Source: Spirochaetota bacterium (lineage in GTDB: Bacteria; Spirochaetota; UBA4802; UBA5550). Taken from it: a stretch of DNA of 64,000 bases. Each line of letters starts with the position of its first letter. The stretch's first letter is position 1. The position numbers and the translations under genes are program-made. Location: contig CAXXHB010000003.1 in the NCBI GenBank assembly GCA_963664815.2, positions 992,001 to 1,056,000 on the forward strand, given 5' to 3'. A model generated the notes under the pieces. It was not told the origin of the DNA and did no database searches. It worked only from the letters and a program-made list of their open reading frames with translations. Below, one piece after another: positions 30,317 to 40,397 of the stretch.

Positions 30317-31081
30317 ATGGAAGTATCCGGAACAGAGGAAAGCAGCAGAATATTGATTGTCGAGGACAGCCCGACGCAGCTGGAGGAGCTTAAATATATT
30401 CTTCAGAAAAAAAATTACAATATAGATACCGCGACGAATGGAAAAGATGCAATAAAGTATCTTTCGGGAAACATTCCGGAGATGATTATAAGCGATATTA
30501 TGATGCCTGAAATGGATGGCTATGAACTCTGCCGTATTATTAAATCTGATGAAAGTTTTAAAAAAATACCGGTTATACTTCTTACAACCCTTTCAAGCCC
30601 CGATGATGTTCTGAAAGGACTTGATTGCGGCGCGGATAATTTTATAACCAAGCCTTATGATGAGTCGGCGCTTCTGTCAAGGATTGAGTATATCATTCTT
30701 AATCATGAGGTCCGTAAAAGCAATCCCACTGAAATTGGAATTGAAATAGTATTCGGAGGGAAAAAGCAGTATATTACATCGTCGCGGATTCAAATGCTCG
30801 ATATGCTTATATCAACTTATGAAACAGCTGTGCAGAAGAACCGCGAACTGGAGGCAGCCAACAGGGAACTTCGCGAGGCAAATGAAAGAATCAAGACTCT
30901 CTCGGGGCTTATCCCTATATGCTCTATCTGCAAAAAGATACGCGATGATGAGGGTTACTGGAATCATCTTGAAAAATATATCTCCGAGCATTCCGATGTG
31001 ACATTCACGCATGGATATTGCCCCACATGCGCGGAGGAACTGCTTGATAAACTGAATAGTTATAAGAAAAGCAACAGTTAA
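30317..31081 (+). CDS. Response regulator with a C-terminal Cys-rich (CxxC...HxxCxxC) domain
   Basis: REC (DIMMPEMDG), coiled coil, IPICSICKKIRDDEGYW...THGYCPTC. Confidence 0.85.
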   Translation: MEVSGTEESSRILIVEDSPTQLEELKYILQKKNYNIDTATNGKDAIKYLSGNIPEMIISDIMMPEMDGYELCRIIKSDESFKKIPVILLTTLSSPDDVLKGLDCGADNFITKPYDESALLSRIEYIILNHEVRKSNPTEIGIEIVFGGKKQYITSSRIQMLDMLISTYETAVQKNRELEAANRELREANERIKTLSGLIPICSICKKIRDDEGYWNHLEKYISEHSDVTFTHGYCPTCAEELLDKLNSYKKSNS

Positions 31082-31143
31082 CGTCTGTCTGAAAATGAAT
31101 CCTTCCTTTGAAGGGAGAGCCGGTGCAGGGAGAAAAACAGTTA

Positions 31144-32133
31144 ATGAAAAAGACAAAACCTGAAAACAGGTTTCTCCATGAAGAGTACATCGCGAGAATT
31201 AACAGAGTCATTGATTACATAGAAAAAAATATCGCCGAAGGGGACCTTACGCTGAAGAGACTTTCATCCGTGGCGGTGTTTTCACCATTTCATTTTCACC
31301 GTATATTTGCCGGGATGATGGGGGAAACTCTGAACCAGTTCATACAGAGAGTAAGGGTGGAAAAGGCAGCGATGATGCTTGTGGCCAACCCGAAGAAGAA
31401 TATGACTGAGATCGCCTATGACTGCGGTTACTCCGGCTCGGCGCAGTTTTCACGGGCATTCAGGGAGAAGTTCGGGGTAACTCCGTCAGAGTGGAGGAGA
31501 GATAAACTGTACAGCGGCGTGGACAGCAATATTTGTATAAACGAAAGCAGGGATGGTAAAAATATAAGCAATAACGGGAAAGAACAGAATCATGTTTACA
31601 GTTATGATGAGGGAAATATCATAAGGAGAAACGACATGAACAACGTAAAAGCATCTTCAGTAGAGGTAAAGAAATTCCCGGAAATGACTGTTGCATATGT
31701 AAGGCACGTAGGCCCATATAAGGGTAATTCAGTGCTTTTTGAAAAGCTTATCGGGAGGATCTGCAGCTGGGCAGGTTCAAGGGAGCTGTTAAAACCTGAT
31801 ACAAAACTTATCGCACTTTACCACGATAATCCGGAAGTGACAGATGAGAATAAACTCCGTGTAAGTATCTGTCTGACAATGCCGGATAATGTTAAGGTGG
31901 ACAGTGAAATAGGCAAAATGAAGATTGACGGCGGAGTCTATGTTACAGCACACTTTGAGATTAATCCCGATGAATATGAAAGGGCATGGGACTGGGTTTA
32001 CGGATCATGGCTCCCTGAGAGCGGCTACCAGCCGGATGACAAACCATGTTTTGAACTCTACGGTCCGGACCCAAAAGATCACCCGCAGGGAAAGCATATT
32101 TTTGATATATGTGTACCGGTGAAACCTTTATAG
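31144..32133 (+). CDS. AraC-family regulator with a C-terminal GyrI-like effector domain
   Basis: FSPFHFHRIF, IAYDCGYS..AQFSRAF HTH; VAYVRHVGPY, WLPESGY..DD.P.FE GyrI domain. Confidence 0.92.
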   Translation: MKKTKPENRFLHEEYIARINRVIDYIEKNIAEGDLTLKRLSSVAVFSPFHFHRIFAGMMGETLNQFIQRVRVEKAAMMLVANPKKNMTEIAYDCGYSGSAQFSRAFREKFGVTPSEWRRDKLYSGVDSNICINESRDGKNISNNGKEQNHVYSYDEGNIIRRNDMNNVKASSVEVKKFPEMTVAYVRHVGPYKGNSVLFEKLIGRICSWAGSRELLKPDTKLIALYHDNPEVTDENKLRVSICLTMPDNVKVDSEIGKMKIDGGVYVTAHFEINPDEYERAWDWVYGSWLPESGYQPDDKPCFELYGPDPKDHPQGKHIFDICVPVKPL

Positions 32134-32152
32134 AAATGCCGCTGTGTCAGAT

Positions 32153-32191
32153 TTTTATACCTGAATTGAAATTCTCAATTCAGGTATAAAA
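32153..32191. terminator. Hairpin with perfect 17-bp arms between convergent genes (bidirectional terminator)
   Basis: TTTTATACCTGAATTGA-aattc-TCAATTCAGGTATAAAA. Confidence 0.65.
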
Positions 32192-32196
32192 TATAG

Positions 32197-32361
32197 TCAT
32201 TTCCTCATCCAGCGAATCATCAGTCCGGCGGCATAAGCGCCGGCGAGTGCAACCGGTAATAAAAGTCCGAAAGAATAAGAGACAAGGGCAAGCTCTAAAA
32301 ATGTAAGTATACCGGGAATGAAAATAAACAGAATGAACACCACTATTACGGCTTTTCTCAT
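32197..32361 (-). CDS. Small two-helix membrane protein (54 aa), absent from the ORF track
   Basis: Hand translation MRKAVIVVFILFIFIPGILTFLELALVSYSFGLLLPVALAGAYAAGLMIRWMRK; AAGGTGAGGAG RBS upstream; terminator immediately downstream. Confidence 0.65.
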   Translation of the reverse strand: MRKAVIVVFILFIFIPGILTFLELALVSYSFGLLLPVALAGAYAAGLMIRWMRK

Positions 32362-32710
32362 TTAATATGCGGCTCCTCACCTTAAATTTAAGATTCATAT
32401 ATTACCGGCAATAAAATATCAACCTGAATCAATATCAATTCCCGAATTTATTTGATTAAAAGTATTATTATTTATTATAATAAAAAAACTTCAAAATATT
32501 ACACTTATTGTAAATTATATATTCATATCTTGCATGTAGTAATATATAAAATAAAAATTACATCAATATATCAAATTTATTGACATTTATCTGTGTATAT
32601 CCTATACATAGAAAGCCTGATTGTTTATGAAATATTGCTGTATTAGTGCTTTTTTTACTTCAGCCCCTGCAATAATCCATGAAAAACCAGTTATTTACAG
32701 GAGGAAAGAT

Positions 32711-34915
32711 ATGAATATGTTGGAAAAATCCGTAAGTATTTATGGTAAAACAGGAGTGGTTACGGATGATGTGGTTAAAACTGTTGATGATGTAATTAAT
32801 TATGTAGGCAAAGAGATCAATTTTTCCATGACCCTTGGACTCGGGAAACCTGTGCGCTTTATAAACGAACTGTACAGAAGGGCAAAAGAGGATCCAGCCA
32901 TAAAACTTAATATTATGACAGGGCTCTCTCTTGAAAAACCGAGGGGAAACAGCGAACTTGAAAAAAGACTCATAGACCCACTTGCCGAGAGAATATTCGG
33001 GGGATACCCTGATTTCCAGTACATGATAGACCTCCGGGACGGGAAGATGCCCCCGAATGTACAGATGTTTGAATTTTACAGCAAGGCCGGTTCTATAATC
33101 AATATACCGTCTCAAAACAGAAACCACCTCCCTTCAAATTATACCCACGTAGCACGTGACGCCTACTGGCATAACAGTGCCAATGTTTTTGCGCAGCTTA
33201 TCGGATGCAGGGAGATCAACGGCAAGGTTATGTACTCCATGGGGTGCAACACGGATATATGCGTCAGCGCCCTTAAACTTATTGAACTGGGGAAGTCACA
33301 GGGCAAGAAGATGGCCCTTATCGGAGAGGTTAATGAAAATCTGCCGTTCATGTACGGAGATGCAGTTTATGAGGGCGAGGCTTATGACATTCTTCTTAAG
33401 GGGCCGGAGTTCAACTACAGGCTCTTCGCTCCGCCAAAGGATGCAGTTACAGCTAAAGACCATATGATAGGGCTTAATATAAGCACGCTTGTAAAAGACG
33501 GCGGCACACTGCAGGTGGGGATAGGCGCACTTGGCGACGCCATAGTAGCCGGACTTGACCTGCGGCATTCGCACAATGAATTATATAACGAAATGATTGA
33601 TAAGGCCGGCTTAACCGGACGCTATGGCCGACTGATTGACAAGTACGGAGGGAAGGGTACTTTTGAAAAAGGCCTGTACGGTTCTTCGGAGATGTTTGTA
33701 GACGCTTTCCTGCAGCTTTACAGGAAAGGGATACTTAAAAGGAAGGTATATGACAACCTTGCCATTATGAAACTCGTCGATGAAGGGAAGCTCTCGGAGA
33801 ATAACATTCCTGACGATATACTGGAACTCCTCTATGAGAAGGAGGGGATCCACCTGAGGATGAGAGAGAAGGATTTCAACATGCTTGTTGAATACGGTAT
33901 TTTAAGGGAGGGCCTGACATATAAAGACGGTTTCATATACGACGGCGAAACAGAATATAATGCCGACATTTATGATAAAAAGAACCTGGCGGCAATAAAG
34001 AAATTTCTTGGTAAAAAACTGAAAAAGGGGCAGGTTATACTGGGTGCCTTTTATCTCGGGCCTGAATCATTCTACAAAGCTCTCAACGAAATGAGCGAGG
34101 AGGAGAGATCCCAGTTCGGGATGTCGGGAGTTGAAAAGGTAAACCAGCTGTATGGCGACGAGGAGCTTCGTTCACTGCAGAGAAAGAACGGCAGGTTTGT
34201 AAATTCAGGTCTGGTGGCTACGGTTACGGGAGCCGTGGCATCTGACCAGCTTGAGGATGGAAGGGTTGTAAGCGGTATAGGGGGGCAGTACAATTTTGTC
34301 TCTATGGCGCACGCAGTCCCCGGCGGCAAGCTGATTATGGCTATAAGGGCTACAAGGGGATCGGGTAAGAACCTGAGGTCTAATATAGTATACAATTACG
34401 GTCACTGCTCAATACCAAAATACCTGAGGGATATCATAGTAACAGAGTATGGCATTGCGCATATTAAGGGATTGCCTGAAAGTAAAATTATAGAAGAGAT
34501 GATAAAAATAACCGATTCCCGGTTCCAGCAGGAACTTGTCAACAGGGCAAAAAAACATGGCAAACTCCCTACGGAATATCAGATACCTGAGGAGTACAAA
34601 AATAATTTCCCTGAAAGGATTGAAACCTTTATTAAATCCTACCAGCCTCAGGGTCATTTCCAGCAGTTCCCTTTTGGAACTGATGTTACACGGGAGGAGG
34701 CCGTTCTTGCCGGTTCACTTAAGGGGCTGAAGGCATATAAGGATTCAAGACCAGTAACTACAGTCCTTAAGCTCATTACAGAATTTTTTAAACCTGTGCC
34801 GGAAAAGGCCTCTCCATACCTGAAAAGAATGGATCTTGAAAAGCCGGCAAACTTCAGCCAGAGATTTCAGCAGAAGACTGTAATTGTGGCGCTCAGGAAT
34901 GCCGGGAGGGTGTGA
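32711..34915 (+). CDS. Acetyl-CoA hydrolase/transferase family protein (long form)
   Basis: LGLGKP, SNYTHVARD, DGGTLQVGIG, VVSGIGGQYNFV, IVTEYGIA; GAGGA RBS before ATG 32711. Confidence 0.88.
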   Translation: MNMLEKSVSIYGKTGVVTDDVVKTVDDVINYVGKEINFSMTLGLGKPVRFINELYRRAKEDPAIKLNIMTGLSLEKPRGNSELEKRLIDPLAERIFGGYPDFQYMIDLRDGKMPPNVQMFEFYSKAGSIINIPSQNRNHLPSNYTHVARDAYWHNSANVFAQLIGCREINGKVMYSMGCNTDICVSALKLIELGKSQGKKMALIGEVNENLPFMYGDAVYEGEAYDILLKGPEFNYRLFAPPKDAVTAKDHMIGLNISTLVKDGGTLQVGIGALGDAIVAGLDLRHSHNELYNEMIDKAGLTGRYGRLIDKYGGKGTFEKGLYGSSEMFVDAFLQLYRKGILKRKVYDNLAIMKLVDEGKLSENNIPDDILELLYEKEGIHLRMREKDFNMLVEYGILREGLTYKDGFIYDGETEYNADIYDKKNLAAIKKFLGKKLKKGQVILGAFYLGPESFYKALNEMSEEERSQFGMSGVEKVNQLYGDEELRSLQRKNGRFVNSGLVATVTGAVASDQLEDGRVVSGIGGQYNFVSMAHAVPGGKLIMAIRATRGSGKNLRSNIVYNYGHCSIPKYLRDIIVTEYGIAHIKGLPESKIIEEMIKITDSRFQQELVNRAKKHGKLPTEYQIPEEYKNNFPERIETFIKSYQPQGHFQQFPFGTDVTREEAVLAGSLKGLKAYKDSRPVTTVLKLITEFFKPVPEKASPYLKRMDLEKPANFSQRFQQKTVIVALRNAGRV

Positions 34916-34983
34916 GATCTTCTTTAATATTGAACAATCAATGTTACCATCGGGGGACTGACCTGCATCAGTAAATAATGTTC

Positions 34984-35135
34984 AGCCCCCGGCTCACACG
35001 CTTATTGTCTGGACTGCACATCATCCGGTAAGTTTACCTGTACCGGAAGCCCCTGGCACACACTCATTTTCTGGATTGCACATCACCTGGTAAGTTAATC
35101 TGTACTAAAAGCCCCCTAAATCCCGGCGGGGGACT
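34984..35135. repeat. Two diverged tandem units of about 63 bp plus a GC hairpin; related copy at 39244-39279
   Basis: AGCCC..CACAC..CTGGA.TGCACATCA.C.GGTAAGTT...TGTAC units start at 34984 and 35048, with a third AGCCC at 35110. Confidence 0.65.
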
Positions 35136-35522
35136 TAAAGGCTGCTGTACTGATAAATATTTAAGTCAATAATACACAGATACATGCCTGATTTTTACTG
35201 TCATAAGAGAAAGCCAGTATTAGAAATTGATTCAGATGTTCATAAACTCAGAAAGTATTATGACGATTACAGGAATGAATATATTAAAACACAAATAGTT
35301 TAATAACAGTATCTTCAAGTCCATCGGGGGATTTAGTGGGATGTTTCCGGAGGATTATGGATTCGCCGGGGAATTTTTTTGTTTATTATAACGTTTAATT
35401 GGTTATATTACAATAAAGATGTTAATATTATAGTTGGTCATCTGCTGTAAATTGTGTATTGTTATATATACTGTTTTATAAAAACTTATAAAAGAGCATG
35501 GCATTTTTACGGGGGGGATATC

Positions 35523-36368
35523 ATGCGCCACTTTTCTCATATTCTGCTACGAATAAACCGTATTTTACTGATAACTCCGATATTCTTTTCGGGGAAGCAG
35601 TATGTCTATGCTGAAGAGATTATCCGGATTAATGGATCCGGAACGTGTCTTGAAATGATTAAACCGGTGATGGAAAGCTACATAAAAGATTACCACGGTA
35701 CTTCATTCCGTATAGAAAAGCCGCTGGGGAGTTCGGGATCGATCAAGGCGCTGCTGGCAGGGGCTGTTGACATTGCAATTGTAAGCCGTCAATTGAAAAG
35801 TGAAGAAGCAGCCATGGGAGCAAACCTCAAAGTTTACGGCATTACACCCCTTGCAATAGTTACAGAAAAGAAAGTGCGGGTAAAAGCCATATCTGCCGGT
35901 GAACTTGCAGATATTTATTCAGGCAAAACAGTGAAGTGGCCCGATGGGACAACCATAAGAGTGATCCTGCGGCCGAATGAGGATACCGATACGAAAATAC
36001 TGAAGGCCCTGTCTGCAGAAATGGCGGATGCGGTAACAAAAGCGCATGGACGCAGAGGGGTAAGGATTGCATTGAATGATACAGAGTCGAATGAGGCGGT
36101 ATCCTTAACATCTGGCGCCATAGGAACATCAGGTCTTGCAGGAGTACTTGCAGGAAAACCGGCACTGAATGTCCTGACTCTTAACGGAGTAAAACCGGGG
36201 AGGGATACGCTGGCTGACGGGACCTACCCACTTTCAAAGGAGATAAACTTTGTTACTACTGCCGGATTGTCCGATGCAGCGGTAAAATTTTTAAGGTTTA
36301 TATATTCCGAAAAGGGGCGCGCCATAGCGGAGAAAAACGGAGTCCTGGTAACTGTTGATAAAAAATGA
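35523..36368 (+). CDS. PstS-like (PBP2) periplasmic substrate-binding protein
   Basis: IRINGSGT, LGSSGSIKAL..GAVDIA..SR, DIYSGK..KW, DGTYPL. Confidence 0.8.
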   Translation: MRHFSHILLRINRILLITPIFFSGKQYVYAEEIIRINGSGTCLEMIKPVMESYIKDYHGTSFRIEKPLGSSGSIKALLAGAVDIAIVSRQLKSEEAAMGANLKVYGITPLAIVTEKKVRVKAISAGELADIYSGKTVKWPDGTTIRVILRPNEDTDTKILKALSAEMADAVTKAHGRRGVRIALNDTESNEAVSLTSGAIGTSGLAGVLAGKPALNVLTLNGVKPGRDTLADGTYPLSKEINFVTTAGLSDAAVKFLRFIYSEKGRAIAEKNGVLVTVDKK

Positions 36369-39142
36369 AATCGCCTGCCACATCCATAATGAATATTTCA
36401 TCAATACTGACAGGTATAATCAGTATTATAATAGCATTGTCCATTCCGACGGCGCATTTTATATACGCTTACCAGTACATGACAGGCGCTGTCAACGCCG
36501 AGATGACATTTTCTGCCCGGGTCATTGAGGGCCTGGTCGTCAACAATCCGGATTCATGGCAGTATGAAGAGAGTCGTTTAAAGGAGATACTGGAACATCA
36601 TCTTAACCGTACAAGCCGTGAAAATATGAGAATTAAAGATCTTAATGGACACGTATTGGCAGAGACAAATGAATACCCGGCATATCCGGTGATCACCATG
36701 AGACGGTATATTTATGATTCAGGCGTTGAAGTGGCATTGATCGAGAGTGAATGTTCAATAGCCCCTGTAATATTTCGTACAATATTTACCGGGGTTTTTT
36801 CGACTTTGTTCGGCATCATGGTTTTTCTTCTCTTTTATTTTTTCCCCTTAAAAACTGTCAGGATAGCTTATAAGAATCTGCAGGAAAGCGAGGAGCGTAT
36901 CAGGTCTATTATTTCGACAAGTCAGGAGTGGATATGGGCAATAGACACTGATGGAATCCACACCTTCAGCAATCCCGCAGTTGAAAACATCCTAGGGTAC
37001 AGGCCGGATGAAATAGTGGGCTGTACTGCCATACCGTTTCTGATATATACAGAAGATATTCCAAAGATGAACGCGCTTGTTAAAGACAGTATCCGGAACG
37101 GAACAGGCTGGTCAGACATCGTCCTGCGGTGGAATCACAGGGATGGAACAATCCGCTACCTCGAGAGCTTCGCCATGCCGGTTTTTGACAGCGCAGGTGT
37201 GATTACAGGTTTCCATGGATCTGACAGGGATATTACTCAGCGGCAGCAGGCGGAGGATTCTATAAAAAAGAGCGAGGAGCTCTACCGGACTATCTTTGAA
37301 AGCACCTCCACCGCCAATATCATTATCAATGAAGATTCCACGATTCGAATGGCAAATAACAATTTCGCCGAACTTAGCGGATATACAAAGAAGGAGCTGG
37401 AGGGTAAAATCAGCTGGGATGTGCTTGTGCATAAGGATGATCTGGAAAAGATGAAAAACTACCATAAGATGAGAAGGATAAATCCCGATGCTGTGCCGAC
37501 TTCCTATGAAATCCGGTCTATTGGACGTAAAAACGGAGAGAGGAATCTTTTATTAAATGCGGCCATAATTCCGGAAACAAAGGAGAGTGTTATTTCAATT
37601 GTGGATATCACAGAATGGAAACGCCTGGAAAAGGCAAGGATCGAGAGTGAAGAACGTTTCAGGGAGCTTGCGGAACTCCTCCCGGAAACTGTTTATGAGG
37701 CTGATATAAACGGTATATTTACTTTTGTAAACAATTCAGGTTATGAGAAGTTCGGCTATAATTGGGGGGATCTTTTAAAAGGAACGTCGATATTTGATCT
37801 CATTGTTCCGGAAGAACATACTGCCATGATTGAAACTTACCGGAAACTCATTAAAGGAGAAAGAGTGGCTTTGACTGAATATACCGGGAGAAGGAAGGAT
37901 GGTTCTGCTTTCCCTGTACTGGTCCAGGCAATGGCAATTTTTAATAACGGGAAGGTGGCGGGACACAGGGGATTTGTCATTGATATCTCTGAAAAGAAAA
38001 ACATGGAGGATCAGCTTTCAAAGGCAAAAAAAATGGAAGCAATAGGGACGCTTGCAGGGGGTATTGCACATGACTTCAATAATCTGCTTATGGGTATTCT
38101 GGGAAACATATCACTTATTCTGATGAAAATGGATGAAAGTGATCCTGTATATAAACGGCTTAAGAGCGTTGAGGAATATGTTCAGCGGGGGTCGAGCCTG
38201 ACTAACCAGCTTCTCGGGTTTGCCCGGGGCGGAAAATACGAGGTTAAGTCAACGGATATAGGGATGTTTATACAGAATATTTCGGAATTATTCGGACGGA
38301 CCAGAAAGGAGATACATATTCACCACAGGGCACAGGATGGCCTCTGCACCGTTGATATAGACCAGGGGCAGATAGAGCAGGTGCTTATCAACATGTATCT
38401 GAATGCCTCGCATGCAATGCCGGATGGAGGAGACCTCTACCTTTTTGAAGAGAATGTTGAACTTGACAGCAGCCAGGTGAAACCTTACGGGATAGAGCCG
38501 GGGAGATTTGTCAGGCTGACTGTTCAGGATACCGGCACTGGAATGGATGAAACTACTAAAGCAAGAATATTTGAGCCGTTTTTTACAACACGTGAGCCCG
38601 GCCATGGCACCGGCCTTGGACTTGCATCGGCATACGGGATAATAGGGAATCACGGAGGATTTATCAATGTTGAAAGCGAGAAGGGAACAGGAACAACCTT
38701 TGAGATTTATCTCCCGGCATCCGCCGGGAATGCCGAGCCTGCCGTAAAGAGCGAGGATTGTGTTTTTAAAGGAAATGAAACCATACTTCTGGTTGATGAT
38801 GAAGAGATGATCCTTGATGTTACGGCGGAGATGCTCAGAGAGCTCGGCTATAATGTTATAACCGCTTCAGGCGGGATAAGGGGAATAAAAACATATGAAC
38901 AGAAGATGGATAAGATTGACCTGGTTATTCTTGACATGATTATGCCTGACGTCAGCGGAAAAGAAGCATTTGACGAGATGAAGCGTATAAACCCTCATGT
39001 GAAAATACTGCTGTCCAGCGGCTACAGTCTCGACAGCCATGCAAAGGAGATTATTCAGCATGGAAGCAGCGGGTTTATACAGAAACCGTTTGTTACTAAA
39101 GATCTTTCTAAAAAGATCCGGGGACTGCTTGATAAGGGATAA
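36365..39142 (+). CDS. Membrane multi-PAS hybrid histidine kinase-receiver
   Basis: Two TM segments, three PAS domains, [23 protein letters not shown]-terminal REC; ATGA overlap with the PstS-like gene. Confidence 0.92.
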   Translation: MKSPATSIMNISSILTGIISIIIALSIPTAHFIYAYQYMTGAVNAEMTFSARVIEGLVVNNPDSWQYEESRLKEILEHHLNRTSRENMRIKDLNGHVLAETNEYPAYPVITMRRYIYDSGVEVALIESECSIAPVIFRTIFTGVFSTLFGIMVFLLFYFFPLKTVRIAYKNLQESEERIRSIISTSQEWIWAIDTDGIHTFSNPAVENILGYRPDEIVGCTAIPFLIYTEDIPKMNALVKDSIRNGTGWSDIVLRWNHRDGTIRYLESFAMPVFDSAGVITGFHGSDRDITQRQQAEDSIKKSEELYRTIFESTSTANIIINEDSTIRMANNNFAELSGYTKKELEGKISWDVLVHKDDLEKMKNYHKMRRINPDAVPTSYEIRSIGRKNGERNLLLNAAIIPETKESVISIVDITEWKRLEKARIESEERFRELAELLPETVYEADINGIFTFVNNSGYEKFGYNWGDLLKGTSIFDLIVPEEHTAMIETYRKLIKGERVALTEYTGRRKDGSAFPVLVQAMAIFNNGKVAGHRGFVIDISEKKNMEDQLSKAKKMEAIGTLAGGIAHDFNNLLMGILGNISLILMKMDESDPVYKRLKSVEEYVQRGSSLTNQLLGFARGGKYEVKSTDIGMFIQNISELFGRTRKEIHIHHRAQDGLCTVDIDQGQIEQVLINMYLNASHAMPDGGDLYLFEENVELDSSQVKPYGIEPGRFVRLTVQDTGTGMDETTKARIFEPFFTTREPGHGTGLGLASAYGIIGNHGGFINVESEKGTGTTFEIYLPASAGNAEPAVKSEDCVFKGNETILLVDDEEMILDVTAEMLRELGYNVITASGGIRGIKTYEQKMDKIDLVILDMIMPDVSGKEAFDEMKRINPHVKILLSSGYSLDSHAKEIIQHGSSGFIQKPFVTKDLSKKIRGLLDKG

Positions 39143-39457
39143 GAGATACCCCGGCACACTTAAAGGGGGCAAAGCAGAACTGTCTGTATAGTACCTTCGG
39201 CAATTTGGACTCATCAGACCACGCACACTTCTGTCTGTCGAGTACATCATCTGTTAAATTTACCTGTACCATAAGCCCCCGCACCCCCGGAGGTGGCAAA
39301 GCAGTATGCCAATTTGATAAACCTGTTTTATTAACATATAAAATTTTTAAAAATTCTGCTTGCGCCATGTCATTTGTTTTTCCGGACTGGTTATTAGAGA
39401 CATAAGTTTCTATATAAATAACGATAAAATATAACAGCAATAAAGGAGTGTATATCT

Positions 39458-39997
39458 ATGGCAAAAGTTAAGCTTCATCCCTATTTAAGAACTGCGCATG
39501 GTGGTCTGGATGGTCTTGTCTTTTACCGTCGTTATGGTAAAATTTATATTAAGGCACGTACAATACCGGCTAATCCGAGAACTGAGCCGCAGGTTAAGTG
39601 CAGGGGTAATTTTGGAGGCGGTGTTAAGGCTTGGCAGGTTCTCCCGGAGGAGGAGAAGAACATTTACAGAGCAAGAGCAAAAAGAAAGAAAAAGTCAGGG
39701 TATAACCTTTTTATGTCGGAATACCTTCGCGGTATTGCTCCCGGTTCGCCTGTTATCCCATCGGGAAGCGGCGGAACAGGGGATGCAGTGGTTATATCTT
39801 CTTCCGCTGAAGCTGCAGAATATACATGCTGCTATTCAGGAAACAGCAGATCAGCAGATGGACAGAGTAATAATAATGCGGTAAAAAATAAAAGTAAATC
39901 TGTTAAAACGGGACTTAAGCAGTATATAGACCCTGTTAAAAACCGTTTCAATACCGTTTCAACACCGTTACCTACAGAGAAAAACGCGCGTTTATAG
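39458..39997 (+). CDS. Basic hypothetical protein, possibly DNA-binding or of phage origin
   Basis: AAGGAG RBS; basic N-terminal 90 aa with GLVFYRRYGK..P.NPRT..Q and W..L..EEK..Y...A...SGYNLFM. Confidence 0.7.
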   Translation: MAKVKLHPYLRTAHGGLDGLVFYRRYGKIYIKARTIPANPRTEPQVKCRGNFGGGVKAWQVLPEEEKNIYRARAKRKKKSGYNLFMSEYLRGIAPGSPVIPSGSGGTGDAVVISSSAEAAEYTCCYSGNSRSADGQSNNNAVKNKSKSVKTGLKQYIDPVKNRFNTVSTPLPTEKNARL

Positions 39998-40257
39998 CTG
40001 TATGTAACGTGTTCGAAGCGAAATTAAAGCGAAACTCAATACTCTGTAAACAGATTGTGATATTTGTCATAAATCTGACGTGAATTTGAATCAGAACCAG
40101 TTGATGCACGAGGCAGACCTCACCCCCGGCCCTCTCCACATGGCGAGAGGTGACTATAGTATTTCCCGTTTTACTTAAAAAACACCCGGGGAGTGGTGTG
40201 GTTAAAGAAACCGGGAGGAGGCGGTTCCGGAACAGACATTATACGGATATCTTCATT

Positions 40258-40305
40258 AAGTGTTGACCTTCATTATTTTAAAAATTCTTTGTGTTATGCG
40301 TAAAA
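40258..40305 (+). promoter_or_regulatory. Shared 48-bp upstream element, copy 1 (before the WYL gene)
   Basis: 40/48 ungapped identity to 41637-41684; contains TTGAC. Confidence 0.65.
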
Positions 40306-40397
40306 GTGTTGATAAAGCTGATGTCATTCAGATATTTATTTTCATGGCTTAAATGAGTTGATGCATGAATTGCCGGTAATGGAGTTATTATATTGAG

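Noticed and set aside
32180-32398. 72-aa minus-strand ORF in the track
   Set aside because: A different frame (32197-32361) has the strong SD and a coherent membrane-protein sequence.
842-38653. Many 60-220 aa antisense or alternate-frame ORFs (e.g. 2034-2354, 12524-13036, 14935-15480, 25783-26448, 26887-27456)
   Set aside because: They overlap well-supported genes, mostly on the opposite strand, and have no recognisable motifs; shadow ORFs.
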